Origin: Hyphochytrium catenoides
Taxonomy: Eukaryota > Protista > Hyphochytriomycota
Direction: 5' to 3'
NCBI GenBank assembly: GCA_900088475.1
Contig: FLMG01001544.1
Location: 1 to 64,000, forward strand
DNA: 64,000 nucleotides
The translations under genes were made by a program, and so were the position numbers. This document shows positions 25,087 to 38,235 of the stretch, piece after piece. Every line of letters begins with the position of its first letter. The first letter of the stretch is position 1. Under the pieces are notes generated by a model. The model had not been told where the DNA came from. It did not search any database and saw only the letters and a list, made by a program, of their open reading frames with translations.

Positions 25087-28000
25087 ATGGACCCTCCTTT
25101 TGTGCCGCAAAGTCCGCCACTTTCTATGCCCATTACAGCGGACCCATCCATCACCCCAATCACGAAAGACAGAGCCGGTAGCCCTTCGCTCCCCTTCCTT
25201 ACACTTGTCTCTTTCTATCTCTCGTCCTGCCTCTGTCTTCGTGTACTTCCAGGTCATCCCTCATACGATCCTTTTAGTTTTTGCCATTGATCTCTCGCTG
25301 CCTCCCTCGCTTCGTCTTCTATCCTAAGTAGAGTTAACCTTCCGTCTCTTTCCCTTTTCCGCCTTTTCTGGTGACTTTGTTAAGAGTATTGCATCGTTCT
25401 TATGGTTGTCACACATATTCTTTGGCTCTCTCCTCCCAACAGAGCAAGGCTTACTCTTTGCTGATGGACAAAAACCAAAGTCTAAGATGCCGCGGACTCC
25501 ACCCCTTTCCTCCAGTGGCCCTTCTTGCATCGCACCGCCTTTGCTCTCTCTCTCTTTCGGTCAACAACTGGTTGCTACGTCCAACCTCGTCTCTTCCTCA
25601 GAGATCTCCCGGTTACTTTGTCCTATGAAGAGACTCCAGGTCTCAGGGTTTAGCGATATTGAGGCCCATAAGTCACGCGTCGTCAAACGGGAGAGCTCAA
25701 CGGCTTCATCGTTCTCAGTCGAGAGGTTCGCTTTCACCGTGAATACTATATCTTCTTTGCAGCCTTCCTTCTTGAGCTATTTAGCGTTTCCGTGTCTGAG
25801 TTATCTCAGGACTCAGTCTGACTCTCTTGTTCAGCGTCTACTCTTTATTTATCATTTTGTTGATGTCTAGCTTCCAACTTCTTGGGGCGCTAGGACCTCT
25901 TCAAAGCCCCTGTAGTGCCCTTGGCATCTTTTGCGAAGCGTACCATGATTCAATGGTTCCACTGTAGCTTGTCATGTGGTCATTTCACTTCGTTTCCTTT
26001 GCTCTAAGGAAACAAGCATTAAGAAAAAAGTTAGCAAGACCCTAAGTCTCTTCCCCAGTTTGTCTGTTAAGCTCTCAGGTCTGAAGAGTCAAGAGCGCTT
26101 TGTTAAGGGAGAAGGCCGCACCAGGGCTGTAGCTGGCAGAGACTTTAGCCACCTACCCTCTGACATAGTGGTGGCTATTCTAGCGATGCTTAATGATGGT
26201 ACGACATCCAAACGCTTTTAGTTGTGGAAGAGCCCCTTGAAATTTGCTCTCAGCTGCCCTATTTGGGCACGGTGGTACCTTCCCATTGTAATGCCGGCGG
26301 GGTTGGCAGGAGCCTTACCCCATGTGTTTAACTCCTTTTGCCTAATATCAACTGCCTGTAAAGTATTGTGGCCCTAAAGAACGCTCGTTGTTTACCTCTC
26401 GCAGAGGACGTCTTGCTTCGATTCGAGGCTGTTTGCAGACTTTTTCGCGACCTATCCTTAAAGGTAAAATCCTTCAGGGCAGTTCTCACTTCTCCTCTAG
26501 CCGGGGCACCTCCGCTGGGATGCTTCATATTCTTCTCTCATAAGACCCTGCGAACTGTTTTCAACAAACTTCCTAATCATTTGCCGAACATTCTCCATAC
26601 AAGTGCCCAGAAAGATGGCTTCGAGTGGACCTATTGGACCGAGATCTCGTCATAAATGACCCTATGCTGAAGAGCTTCCCTAAGTGAGTTAGAACGAAGG
26701 GGTCTTATCCGCCTTGGGCTTCGGCCATAACACTTCTAATGCTCACTCGCTTTCTAATGCTCACTCCTTCCCGCGGGCTTGTAGGCGCTTGCGAGGAGTC
26801 TCCAAATTGATCCTCGGGGATTGCCCATCCCTCAAGAGAGCCCATGAAAGGTCAGTCATAGTTGCCTCTCTCCATGGGGGCAGGTACATCTGTATCCATA
26901 GTATTAGCATCAGCACAGGCCTCTTGACCTTCTAATCCGCCCACGCCTCGTCTTGAACCTAACGGTCTCTCGTAGTATATATCAGATGTTGCAGAGCTGC
27001 CCCTGGGTGCAGTCAGTGCGTTTATGTGCCAGGTATGCTTTACCGGAGGAGAGAAAAGAGGACGAGCTATATGTAGGATAAGGAAGGGGTAGATGAAAAG
27101 TGGAAAGGACGACGTCTGAGAAGTGCGAAGCTATGCAGAAGAAGTGAAACCGAAGGATCTTGATTGACACTCTTTCCAGCGACTTCCCGCGTGCTGTGCT
27201 GTTAAATTCCAAGTTGCAAGAGCTGATGAGCCGCTCACTCTTGTCAGTGCAAGGCAGTGTCCTCAGGCGCGGAGGAGGTCAGATGCCTCTTCTTATTAGC
27301 ATAGATTAGCCTCTCCGCCATGATTGGTTTTCTATAGTGATCACTGGCATCTCGATCCTCCCTCCTCGGGATGAATCTACCGCTACCTAACAGTCTACGT
27401 AGGCTCAGTCGTGTTATCTTAGTGCTTTCAGACTTTTGTCGGCCGAGCCATCTTCCTTTGTGAGCTATCCCGGTCTATCATCTTGCTAACGTTTGGTGGT
27501 CACCTTTCTCTCAACTGCCCTGTCTGCCCTACTTCTAGCGATTAGTGGAGTTCATCTGCTGCTGGGAGTCAACCTTCTTGCCCTTGTTCGGCACTTCACA
27601 CTGAGCGACGAGGAGTTTCTTCGTGCATTTCTCATTGGCCGATACTTTCTAGGTGGGTGGAGGCAAGCTTGAACAGCAGCAAGGTGGTCTATGAATGACA
27701 ACAAAAGAGACAGTGTACACTGGTTATCGGAAGGCGGATAGGGCACGGAGTCTGCAAACATTGAGCTGCTGACTCATTTGCTTCATCTGTCTCTTCTATT
27801 TTTCCCGTAGACAACCATAAAGCACGACAAACTGCAGCCAGGAAAGGGTTGCTGCCCGACAGTTTAGTCATCTTCTCCCTTTATGCTGCCTGTAAACTAG
27901 GCAACAGGAGAGGAGAGTTGCACATGTCAGACATCGTACAGGTTTACACCCGGAACCACCTGCAGGGAGACAGAGCGAGTAAGAGGAGGAGCATTCTACT

Positions 28001-28390
28001 CGCAGTCGAGGAGAGCCGAAGGTTTGAATATTGCTTGTCGTTTTTCCAACAAGCATCGCGTGTTAGTGGTCTTACAATAGCCCCGACCTCTCCCATTTAT
28101 CCCTGGCGTGCCTCCTTCGTTCTATCCTACGACCCTCGGTTAGCTTCGGCTCGTACTTTGTCAGCTCTCTGCCCAAGGATGCCAAGTCCATGACTCGCTT
28201 CATCGCCCTCTACAATTCACTATTTATTGAAGCCGCCAAACCGGCGGTTGCTCTGTTGCTAACAGTGGGGATTAGCCCCGTAGTGCAGCGGGTAAAGGAG
28301 AGAGACCAGAAGGAAATGACAGACAAGACGTGCTCAGACCCATCCGGAAGCTTTCGGCCTTGTTCTGACATATTGAGAGCAGAACTATAG
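25087..28390 (+). CDS. F-box protein with LRR-like middle and C-terminal retinoblastoma pocket-B-like (cyclin-fold) domain; about 11 exons, 5' end uncertain
   Basis: Phase-consistent exons 26009-26198, 26405-26463, 26604-26683, 26785-26850, 26976-27032, 27180-~27250, 27539-27652, 27811-28021, 28144-28390. F-box: FSHLPSDIVVAILAMLNDEDVLLRFEAVCRLFRDL..CPERWLRVDL. C-terminus: DSLVIFSLYAACK..DIVQVY..RSILL..FIALYNSLFIEAAKP. Upstream exons (from 25087 and ~25442) and the 27250-27539 junction are less certain. Confidence 0.72.
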
Positions 28391-28755
28391 CCCCTTCATT
28401 ATAGAGTTTGTGAGGCAGATGTGAAGACGAGAAAGAAAGTCTTCTCTCTCTCTGTGAGTGTCTCTCTGTGAGTGTCTCTCTGTTGTCTCTCTCTTTCCCT
28501 CTTTGATGCCAGGATGCCAGGAAGTCTCTGCAAGCATGTCTGCCAACTTCCTCCTCCTCTGAAGGCGGCACAACTTTCCTCTTCACATAGAGATTGGCTT
28601 AGTATTTCTAATACTAGAACCCGAATAGCAGGCCGCATAGAATAAAGACTGTCAATATTTGAAATATATCCCATAGGCCGAAGGGATGTGTGCCAGAGAT
28701 CTTGGTTCGCACGGCCCGAGGCGCACTGCCAGAGGGGCTGCTTCCTCTCGATGTG

Positions 28756-31519
28756 ATGAAGCTTGGTAAGAAGCGGCACGACAGCGGAGGGGAAGAGACA
28801 ACAGGCGAAGAGACAAGGAAGGTATCTGGAGGCAGCAGAGCCGGGTGGCCTCAGGAGAGCTGGCTTGAGCACATTCCAGGGTCTATCAGCCTCAGTGAGA
28901 AGGGATATATGGGTAATAACATGGTGCTCACCTCCCCGATAGCTACGTCCGCTCAACGCCTGGGGCCACATCCTTCCTATGGGACATCCCGGCATAGCCT
29001 CCGTAATGCACGTGAGGAGGTTGCCTCGCTCATCAAGCCATCCCCTGGTTTGTCAAGTTTACAATCAAAGGATGAGAGCGATGGGCAGCGCCAACGCCGC
29101 GCCTTCATAGTATCTCTTATTGCACTGTGTGCTGTAACGATCCTTCTGTACCTCTGTCATTCTGAAGGCTTGAAGGGAGCCAATGACATAGAAAGCCAGG
29201 TCTTGAATCTTGCGACAAAAGGCGATGGACAGAATAGTGACCAGGAGCTTGGGCGGGTCGACTTCCCAGGGAGAAAGGATCTCATTCGGCACCTACCTGG
29301 AGCCCCCGCTGGTTATCATTCAGCCCAATTCAGCGGCTTTCTACACGCCTCGGGAGGGAGGAACATCCACTACTGGCTGGCAGAGAGCCAGTCCAGGCAT
29401 CCTGACGCTGACCCGGTTGTCGTCTGGCTCAATGGAGGCCCGGGAGCCAGCTCCCTAGGCGGTCTGCTCTATGAAAACGGCCCCCTTACGATTCTCGATG
29501 ACGGCCAGACCTTGGTTAGGAACCCTTTTACCTGGAACAGACGGGCCAACGTTCTCTATCTTGAGTCTCCATGCGGCGTAGGGTTCAGTTATCAAGATGA
29601 TGGTGACTATGAGGATGATGACTTGAGCCAAGCTCGTCATAACTATGCGGCGCTAGTGGACTTCTATCGAAAGTTCGCTCACCTTAAAGAGAATGGGCTG
29701 TACATCACAGGAGAGAGCTACGGAGGAGTTTATGTCCCCACGCTCGCCATGGAAATCGTGGAAAGGAATGAAGAGAGGAAGAGAGAGAAAGGCAGGGAAC
29801 GGGCAGGGACAATGTGGATGAACCTGAAGGGTTTCGCCGTCGGGAACGGCATAAACGAGTTTGTCTTTAGCTCGATGTTCCCCTTCGCGTACTACCACGG
29901 CCTGATTAGCTCCAGGCAATATGAAGCCTTCAAGACCGCCTGTCCTAGCATCAAGGTATCCTCTACTTTCTCTTCCTCTCACCTCAGCCGTAACCTTGAG
30001 CCGCCTTCTAAGCCTTAGACTCTCATCCAGTTGTCCGATCTCTCTCTTAACCTTGGAACAGAACCTCTTAGCCGAAGCCTCACCTTCTCCCAACTGCTTG
30101 CTGTCTCTATCTGTTCTGAACTAGGAGCGAACTAAAACTCCTCATCAAAGCGATGCAAGATGTGCTCAGGTGCAGATGGAAATCTTCATCCAAGCTTACA
30201 CGTCTCACATCAACATGTACGATATCTATAGAGATTGCTGGGGTGGATCCCCCTTGGCTGCGCCGGGCAATCCTCCTTCCTTTTCCTCACAGTCATCCAC
30301 ATCCTCTGAGACTGCTGGAACAGGAAGTAGTGGATCAAGAGAGGTACTAAGGAAGAGACTCGCTCTCACTCCTGTTCCCATCGCCATGTGCATCAATAGC
30401 ACTGCAGCCCAGTACTACTTCAACACTCCAGAGGTGCGGAAGGCCATAAATATCCCTTCAGCTGCTGGACACTGGTCTGCAGTGACAATGACAAACGTCT
30501 CCGCTATGGGACCCTTCAGAGTGCCTCATCCGCTCAATTATGCTCGGACCCTGAACAACGAAGTGACAACCCTCTGGAGACAATTGCTGGAGAAGGGAAT
30601 AAAAGGCCTGATCTATAATGGTACACAAGGACCCTGCAGATTTGCCAATGGCGATGTGTTATACTGCTTATCAGCCGGGTTCTCGTTTCTCTCACTTGCT
30701 TGCTTTAGCTGGTCCAATCGTCTCCCTAACTAGTACTCCACTACGTTGCCCTTGCAACTCAGATGAGGTCTGCATCTTTCCTTATTCTCTTGTCAGATAG
30801 TTCACCAGAATGGCCTTAGCTTCAAAGTGTCAACATCAGGAGTCTGGTTGTTTGTTCGTAGCTTATCAGCCTTCTCTCTTCCTTGGGTTCTAGCGCGTTT
30901 CACTATCAAATACTATTGGCCTCAGCCGCTTACCCTCTTGTTCTTCATGTCGCTGCGTTGTGATTCCAGGGGACACCGACTTGATGTGCAACTTTCTAAG
31001 CGGTGAATGGGCGGTAGAAAGCCTAAACCTGACAGAGAAGGTAGCCTGGTCACCTTGGAACATCGATGGCTCCCAACAGTCTGCGGGGTTCATGAAGGAG
31101 TTTGAGGAGGGGCTGACGTTTGTCACGATTAAAGGGGCAGGCCACATGGTAAGGCCTTACCTCACCTATTGTTGCTTGACCAAGCGGTCACAGGTGCCTG
31201 GTTGTCTATGAGCGTAGAGGTATTCCGGCTCGGCTGTAATCTCTGCATGTGGCAAGCTCAGAGGAACTTGTATTGCTTCACACAGAATCTTCCCGCATCT
31301 TCCCGGCTAAATGTTAACAGTGTATTCTCTCCTCTTTGACAGGTTCCCCAATGGCGTCCAGCAGAAGCGCAGTTCATGATTGAGCGCTTTCTCCTCCGGG
31401 ACCCGCCCCATCAGCCATGGACTGCCAGTGATCCGCAAGTAAAAATGCCAGGTGATGGGAGCAGGGTGGAGGCACAGAAGTTGAGAACAACAGCAAAACA
31501 GAATGCTGGCCCTCCCTAA
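28756..31519 (+). CDS. Serine carboxypeptidase, family S10, with N-terminal membrane anchor; 4 exons
   Basis: WLNGGPGASS, YLESPCGVGFSY, catalytic GESYGG, NGDTDLMCN, TIKGAGHMVP; exons 28756-29955, 30125-30620, 30970-31148, 31343-31519. Confidence 0.93.
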
Positions 31520-31645
31520 CCTAACAAAACCCACTATATAAATCCTACGAGCAAAGTAGTAGTGAAGGCCTTGGCTTCTCCTAGAAGAGAGAATGCTGGC
31601 GAGATGATTATGCAGTAGCAAGCCTTTGTTTGGCAACAAAGAATC

Positions 31646-32990
31646 CTATGTCCGATATCTCAGGTCGAAGAGGCCTGAAAGCGCGCTCCCTGGCGTCTTC
31701 TCGACAGCTGGCTGGGTCGACTCTTCCAGTAAAGTCTTTCTGGTGTCTGGCAGATCATTCCCATTGACAGCCTTTCTTTTGCAAACCTTGCACGGCGTCC
31801 ATCTACCTTGACCGCCTTTCCTCACTTCCCTAAGAAAGCAGTGATCGCACACAAGCTCCTGGCAGCAGGGTAGCCGTACCGATGTCCAGAAATGATCCTC
31901 ACACAATGGACAGAGGAAGGGAGGCTGAGTAGAACTAGCTGATTCTTCCCGCAGATCCACCCGACAGCCGTCTTCATTTTTATGCCTTTCCGTCTCTGTG
32001 TGCTGAAGGTCCGCTCTTGCGCAAGCAGCCGCACTAGGAGAGGCTTCTTGCCGATCTCCGTCTTCCTTATTCAGCATCTTTGCCTCGTCCAACAGTTGTG
32101 TGTAGGTTTTCCCGTGCTTATCCACCGCATTCACAGCTGCGCCTTGAGATATCAGGAGCTCTACCACGGCGACATGTCCCTAGCGGGATACATATTGAGG
32201 GGAGAGGAGAGACGGAGAAGGATATGGGTACACTCAGTTGGCTTCCTGTACCTTAAGCGAAACAGCGAAGGCAAGAATCCGTAGACGCTGATAGTGGGAC
32301 TCACAAAACAGCTTGGGAAGGTGAAAGGCGATATTCAATCTATAAGCAGCAGTCGGACGTTGGCGAGACGAGGAGAAAGAGAATAGATAATTCAAAGTCC
32401 ACAAAGACCGGCACAGACCTGTGACGCCGCCTTCAGCAACGCCGTTCTCCCATCGCCAAAAGAGAGATCAGGTAAGTTTATCAGCTCCTTGTCTCTTCTT
32501 GCTTTTACTGCTGCTGTCACCAGAAGCCGGCAACATTCTAGATGTCCATTAAAAGCTGCCCGATGAAGCGGCGTCGCTCCACAATCGGCAGCTAGAGGGT
32601 CTGCACCTCTCTGTAACAAGTATCGTACCAATGGCACATGGTTGGCCTGTGCAGCGTAGTGGAGCGCAGTGTAACCGAAGGGATCGGTGCAATTCACACT
32701 CTTGGCTCTATCTTCTATCCAGCGCTTTAATTGCTGTAAGTCCCCGTACTGAGCGGAAGCTGAGAGAGAGAATGCAGAGCGAGGTGAGGATGTTATTTGA
32801 ACCAGCAACCAAGGGGCGAGAGCCATGAGGAGGACCATCAGAGCCCTTAGAGATCACTCGTAAGAAAGAGAATAGGCCCTTGTTTCCATAAGATTACGCT
32901 TATCAAGAGATCGAGGTTCCTCGTGCAGGGACACTCACAGAAGATGCTAAGGTTCTGGATATCGCCGCCTTCAAATAAATGACTCGCCAT
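31646..32990 (-). CDS. Ankyrin-repeat protein (ANKRD39-like) with C-terminal RING-type zinc finger; 3 exons
   Basis: MASHLFEGGDIQNLSIF|SSAQYGDL..GYTALHYAA..GATPLHRAAFNGH..GRTALLKAASQ|GHVAVVELL; then CPLC..LPCCQELVCDHC..CKVC. Confidence 0.82.
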
Positions 32991-33678
32991 CCACCTAGAG
33001 CGAACGCAGCAAGCTGAAGGCTGGCTTCCGGCTAAGTAATGTCCTCGTTTTGCCTGCCTCTCCTCCCCGCTGCCCCCGGTCTCTTCCAGTCCTTAACAGA
33101 GCTATAGATTGTCGGCACTGCTGCCAGTCGCTTCTACCAAGCGCCATGATGAGCCCGCGGCCGAGACGATCCATATTGCCGCCCTTCCCAAAGCTTCTCA
33201 TCTGTCAAGCATTTGGAATGATTCGTCACTTAGACGGTATTATTCCTTAATATCGCACAATTGGGTCAGAGTTATTTCCAATAAAGCCCAGGTACGACCT
33301 GAAAGGAAGGGTTATGAAGATGAAGAGCTCTCACAAGGTTCATGAGGATGAAGAGTAGGAGCTGCTCTCGGGCCGACAAGGAGGAGTCGATAGAGTAGAT
33401 GCACCCAGACGGACTCACTTATAATGAAGGTCCTGACCTTTCCGAGAGGATAACATAGAGGTCTCTAACAACTTTAGCTCCTCATCGGAGGCCATGGAAA
33501 GTTCTCTCTTAATGCACGAGAGAGCTAGGTTTAGTCTTCACGCTCTGTCCCTTTTACAACGAGGAGCTTGTCAATAGTGACAACTGCCTCTGGCATATAG
33601 ATCTATTAATGTCGCTATCGCGTCTCTCCTACACCTCCACAGATTATGGCGAAGCCGCTGGCATTGCTCGTGCTGCTG

Positions 33679-36600
33679 CTACTCGGGACCACGTTCTCGC
33701 ATTCTATGGTGCAAAAAGCTAGCCAACTCGGTCGGATACAACTTTTGCACAATCTCTGACGCAGCCCCAATCTGGCGTGCTCGGAGACACAAGTAGACCT
33801 GAAAGAATAAGCCAAGGACCAAGTGTGAGATGTTTAGGTGGGACATCCAGAAAGCACACTAGAGAGCCCCGACTAAGAGTGTATGACGGACAGAAGCAGA
33901 GAGAGTAGACAGAGACCAATGCCATACTCGGTGTCACAGATCACGGATAGTGGTACAGTCCCTCAATCTACAGCTCCTTATATCCTACCTGCAACCGCAC
34001 AGCTTCACTGAGGCTGGTGTCCTCCTGAAAGGCTAGTCTCGAATAGCGGCCAGCTTCCGAGAGATCCTTCTGCACAGCCCCGACGAAGAAGACGAGGGAG
34101 AGAGAGACATAGAGAGGAAGAGTAAGAGACAGGAGATAGGGAGACGGAGGTCAACAAAGGTTTCTGCCTCTGCATTTGTCCTAGCGTCAACTGACGGTGG
34201 ACATACCTTTTCAATGCTAACGATGGCGCTGTTGACCATCACGGCTTGTCGAAGTGCTTTTCCAACATCCTGATACAGAGAGCGAAAGGTCAGTTATACT
34301 ACTGGCCTAGTCCAAAGCACAAGTAAGGCATAAAGGCCCCAATGGGCTGAGTAAGCCCGAGATATGGTGTAGTCTGCAGAGACAAGAAGACCAGGGACTC
34401 TGCAACAAAGTACAAATGACGGGGACTTAGTAAAGTGACATACTGGATCTTGAACCGTAGACTCTGTAGGCAGAAACTTCGCAGCCTCCTCTGGCCGATG
34501 CAGCATACTCAGCGCCTCCGCGGCATAATTGCCAGCCACCAACCTGGCACGACCAATTGGGAGCAAGAGTGAGTAGCCCGCTTCCTTATCGTAAGGCAAG
34601 GCTATAGAATCGGACCTATGGTGTTTGGGGCAATCCGGCAAGGCAAGAAGTCGTTGTGCCGCTTGTAAAGCTTGTAGTGGATCTCTTAGGCCGAGATTGG
34701 CATAGGCCAACAAAGACAAAGCGGCGACCTTCGTCTTCAGTTCCTAAGGAGATAATACAGTAGCCAGGTTTAATCATGGTACCAGCTCATGGTCCCAAGC
34801 TCTTCCTTCTTTTGCCAAAACTCACCGACAGGCGTAGGCGCTCCGATCTAGGTAGTTCAGCCACAGGTTCATTCCCTTCACCTCCTGCTGCTCCTGCTGA
34901 CTCTGAAGGTTCTCCGTACATGCTTGGGTCAATTGGAGGCTCTTGTCTATTTTTATCCGCAGTGCCGGAGAGAATGTCCATATGGTGGTCAGAAGAGAGA
35001 AGATGAAGACAATTCCGCAGACATATGACAGCATAGTTGAGTGAGATATCTTCGGAAACTGTCGCTTCTGTCCTTAACGACTCTGACGTAGTAGCCGACC
35101 CATTTGGTTTGCTGTCTGTTACAAATGATTCGCTAAACGGTGCTTCCGATCGCCTTTGCTCACAGGCAAGCAGAATTCGTCTTTGTTGACCCAGGCCAAC
35201 AACGCTGCGGATGATGCAAGAGCCATTAGCCTCTATGGCCTACACCAATGCAAGGGAGAGGTCGAGTTAGCGCTACTTCAAGGAGAAGCTGCCTAATTTG
35301 TTTCTTGTGCAAGTTGTCCTCTCCCTATTCCCTTTCTTCAAACTAATGCCCATCTCTGGCTCCGACCTGACGATAGTGTAGAACACAGCATTCCGCCAAC
35401 CGAAGCCAGAACCGAGGGTTTGAGCTGAAACGGGAGGTACACTGTTTGAGGCAGCGGAAGGCCAAAAGAGGCTTCCCGAGCTTCAACAGCTGAAGCGCCG
35501 CATTATAGAGGATCTCAAAGTGATATGATGGCTGGAAGACAGACACGCGGAGGAAGGCGAGGGATAGGATGAGATAAATCCGGCACAAGACGCGATCAAG
35601 TGGGGATAACATAGCGGCTGATGGCCTCGTGGAGCCAGTTAGGCACGACGCGGCTAGGGTAGAGGTTGTGCGGAGGAAATGCGTAACGGACATGATAAAG
35701 AGATGTCCGCGCAGCATTCCAGGGGTTACCTTCACTCTCGGCCCACCACGGGCTTGGCGTGCAACCGCAGATGCGGCCAATGCTCTGGAAAAGTAGGTAG
35801 AAGCAATGAAGCCCTTATCACGAAGCGTGTAGATACAACCCATGTTGTTTAATAAAGCAGCCTGGTGTATCGCATAGAAACGTTGTCAGGAGCTCCGAAC
35901 AAGGAAAATGCGAAGTGTGAGATAGTCAGCAGACCTCTTCAATTCCTTCTTTCTGGCAAGATGCAAGTACTCTCTCCGCCTTACTAAAATTCAATCTCCG
36001 ATACTCAAGATGAGCTCGTAAAGAAAGGATCGAGATATTGGCCACTGCATCTAACTCCCTTTCAGGAACTTCATAGCCTTCACCCTAAAGATAGACCAAA
36101 TGTCAGTATATAAAGATAACGCACAAAGAGGTTTCAGACTAGAGTATTGTCCTACCAGACGTGATCGATAATCCCCCTCGTTTTGAGCAGGGAGGGGCCT
36201 CAGATCCTTGTTCAGCACATCTTGTGCCGATCGGACATCCTGAAAACAGTCCAAAGCAGAGGTCCAGTGGGATCACCATCAGCTACAATTAAGAGCGGAG
36301 GTATACACCCGAGAAAACGGGAGAACTCATAAGGAGGCAAAGGAAGAGGACCAGAGAAGAGGAAGAAAAGGCAGGTGGCTACTTCCTCTGTAACACTAGC
36401 TGGCACTACGCAAAGCCACCTGCTTGTATAAGTTTGTGAGCGGTGAGTACCTTCTTTGCGCCTTTGAGGTTCCCCAAATAAATCTTGACGTAGGATCGCG
36501 CGAGAAGTACTCGAAACCTCACCTAAGGAAACGACACAGAAGAGATCAACATTTGCCACATGGATAGGCCAACTAGTAATCGGTCATACATAGGAGAGGA

Positions 36601-37636
36601 ACTCTTTTGCCTTTTCTTTGTCCACTTGTCCTCCTCCTTCTTCCCTGCTCTCTCTAGCGTGCTCTCCGGTTCCATCTTCAGATCTGTTATCTCTCTGGGT
36701 TTGGCTATGCGTTGTCTGACTCTTTTTTTCCAGGGCAGCCAGTGCGCTACAGATGGCCTCCAGTCGCAGCGTGGATTCCTATGTCGTACGGGTTCATCAG
36801 CTTGCTCGTTCATAGATAAGTCAGTGATGGAAGAGCCGCGAGAGTTGCGTCGCACTTATTCAACGGCAGAACGACGAAGGATGCAAAAGGGCCGTCAGCA
36901 GTGGAAAGCCTTACCCTCTCACTAATGGCTTCAAACAGCAGACTTGTCATAACATCCACATAAAGAAATAGGATATTGCAAGACAGATAGTCCAGCGACT
37001 CCTTAGCAGCGTGAACTAAAGGGGCCAGCGCTGCCGCTGCCGCATAAAGCTGCCGCTGTGAAGCTAAAATAACCGCCTACAGAAGGCACAACTATAGTGA
37101 CACGATGAGGACGACTTGGACTTCAGGCGGACTGACCATGTTGTACTTGACCGTCACCAGACTTGAAGACTCGTTGCCCCTGACCGTCTCTGGGGTAGAG
37201 CTCTCATTACCTTGTGCGATCTGCAGAGCGAATTGGCTCAGCTTAGTAACACTTCAAGTAGGCGTCATCCAACACATGTGCCTACCGCCCGCGATTCCAG
37301 TTCCTTCAACCTGCTCAGAAGCTCACTGAGACGGGCAAATCCCAGAACACCATGCTCCGCTAGCGCCAGATTCTGATAGAAGCGATTGTCTTTCCTATCA
37401 TTCTGTGCAACGTTGAGAGCTGTCACTATTTGTTGCGAGGAGCTGTCGAGTACACAATTGCCACCTACCAGCTGATCCTCAAGAGCACGCAACGCGTTGA
37501 CAGCTTCAGCATATCTCCTTGACCTTCAAGGGCGTTAGTTTTATTTATACCTGGCTTATTGGGAATTTCGTTCAGCTTACAGAAAATGATGCTCTGCTTG
37601 AGAGGCGAGTTGGGAAATGCTGCTTGAAGACGGCAT
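33679..37636 (-). CDS. CNOT10: CCR4-NOT complex subunit 10 (TPR-like), many exons
   Basis: NNMGCIY, EILYNAALQLLKLGKPLLAFRCL..NPRFWLRLAECCV, LAYANLGLRDPLQALQAAQRLL, GNYAAEAL..RPEEA, C-terminal VYLCLR; N-terminal LASQAEHHFLSRRYAEA. Confidence 0.88.
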
Positions 37637-38235
37637 TCTGATCCCTGCCACCGGTTCTCTTTATCTGGACTTGCATAAGCTCGGCACACCTGTCTAAGTT
37701 CCGTACACTTGTAACCCTTCGCTTCTTAGGCGATAAGCAGAGTCTCGTCAGCGCCAAGGTCAGGTACTAAGGACGCTGCTTCCAGTGAGGTTAATGCTTT
37801 GGTCGGCTAATCTGAATCTCTGATCTCAAAGCCTCAGGGCCCAGACGAAGACATCAGCACTACACTCAGTATGGCCTGCGACCCGATGAAACCCGCATAT
37901 TTTTCATCAACATGGGTATATCAGGCGCATAAAGTTAACCTCACATAGTCCACGAACTCGGGTATCCAGTCTGGTAGTCACGTGTCCCCGTTCTCTACCG
38001 CTCGGCCATACTTGGATAACTAGGGTCATGATGGTAAGCCCATCACTTGGCGAGTGTTCCAACAGCGCGAGGTGAGGCAGTTCCCAAATTCTCCGCTTGA
38101 GGCTAAGACGACGAGCGCTAGAATAGATTTTGAAAGCAGCGCCAAAGGATTGGGAGCTCTCCTCGAACGTTCGTCTGCGTTTCTAGCACTTGTTAAGGCG
38201 TCCTTCGCAGGTGCGGGGAGCTAGGTGGGGGGAGC

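Noticed and set aside
27539-28021. Reading the C-terminus of the F-box protein as a TFIIB repeat (SLYAAC(K/R))
   Set aside because: The shared cyclin fold explains that match, but the downstream DIVQVY, RSILL and LYNSLF segments fit RB pocket B rather than TFIIB; still needs a profile search.
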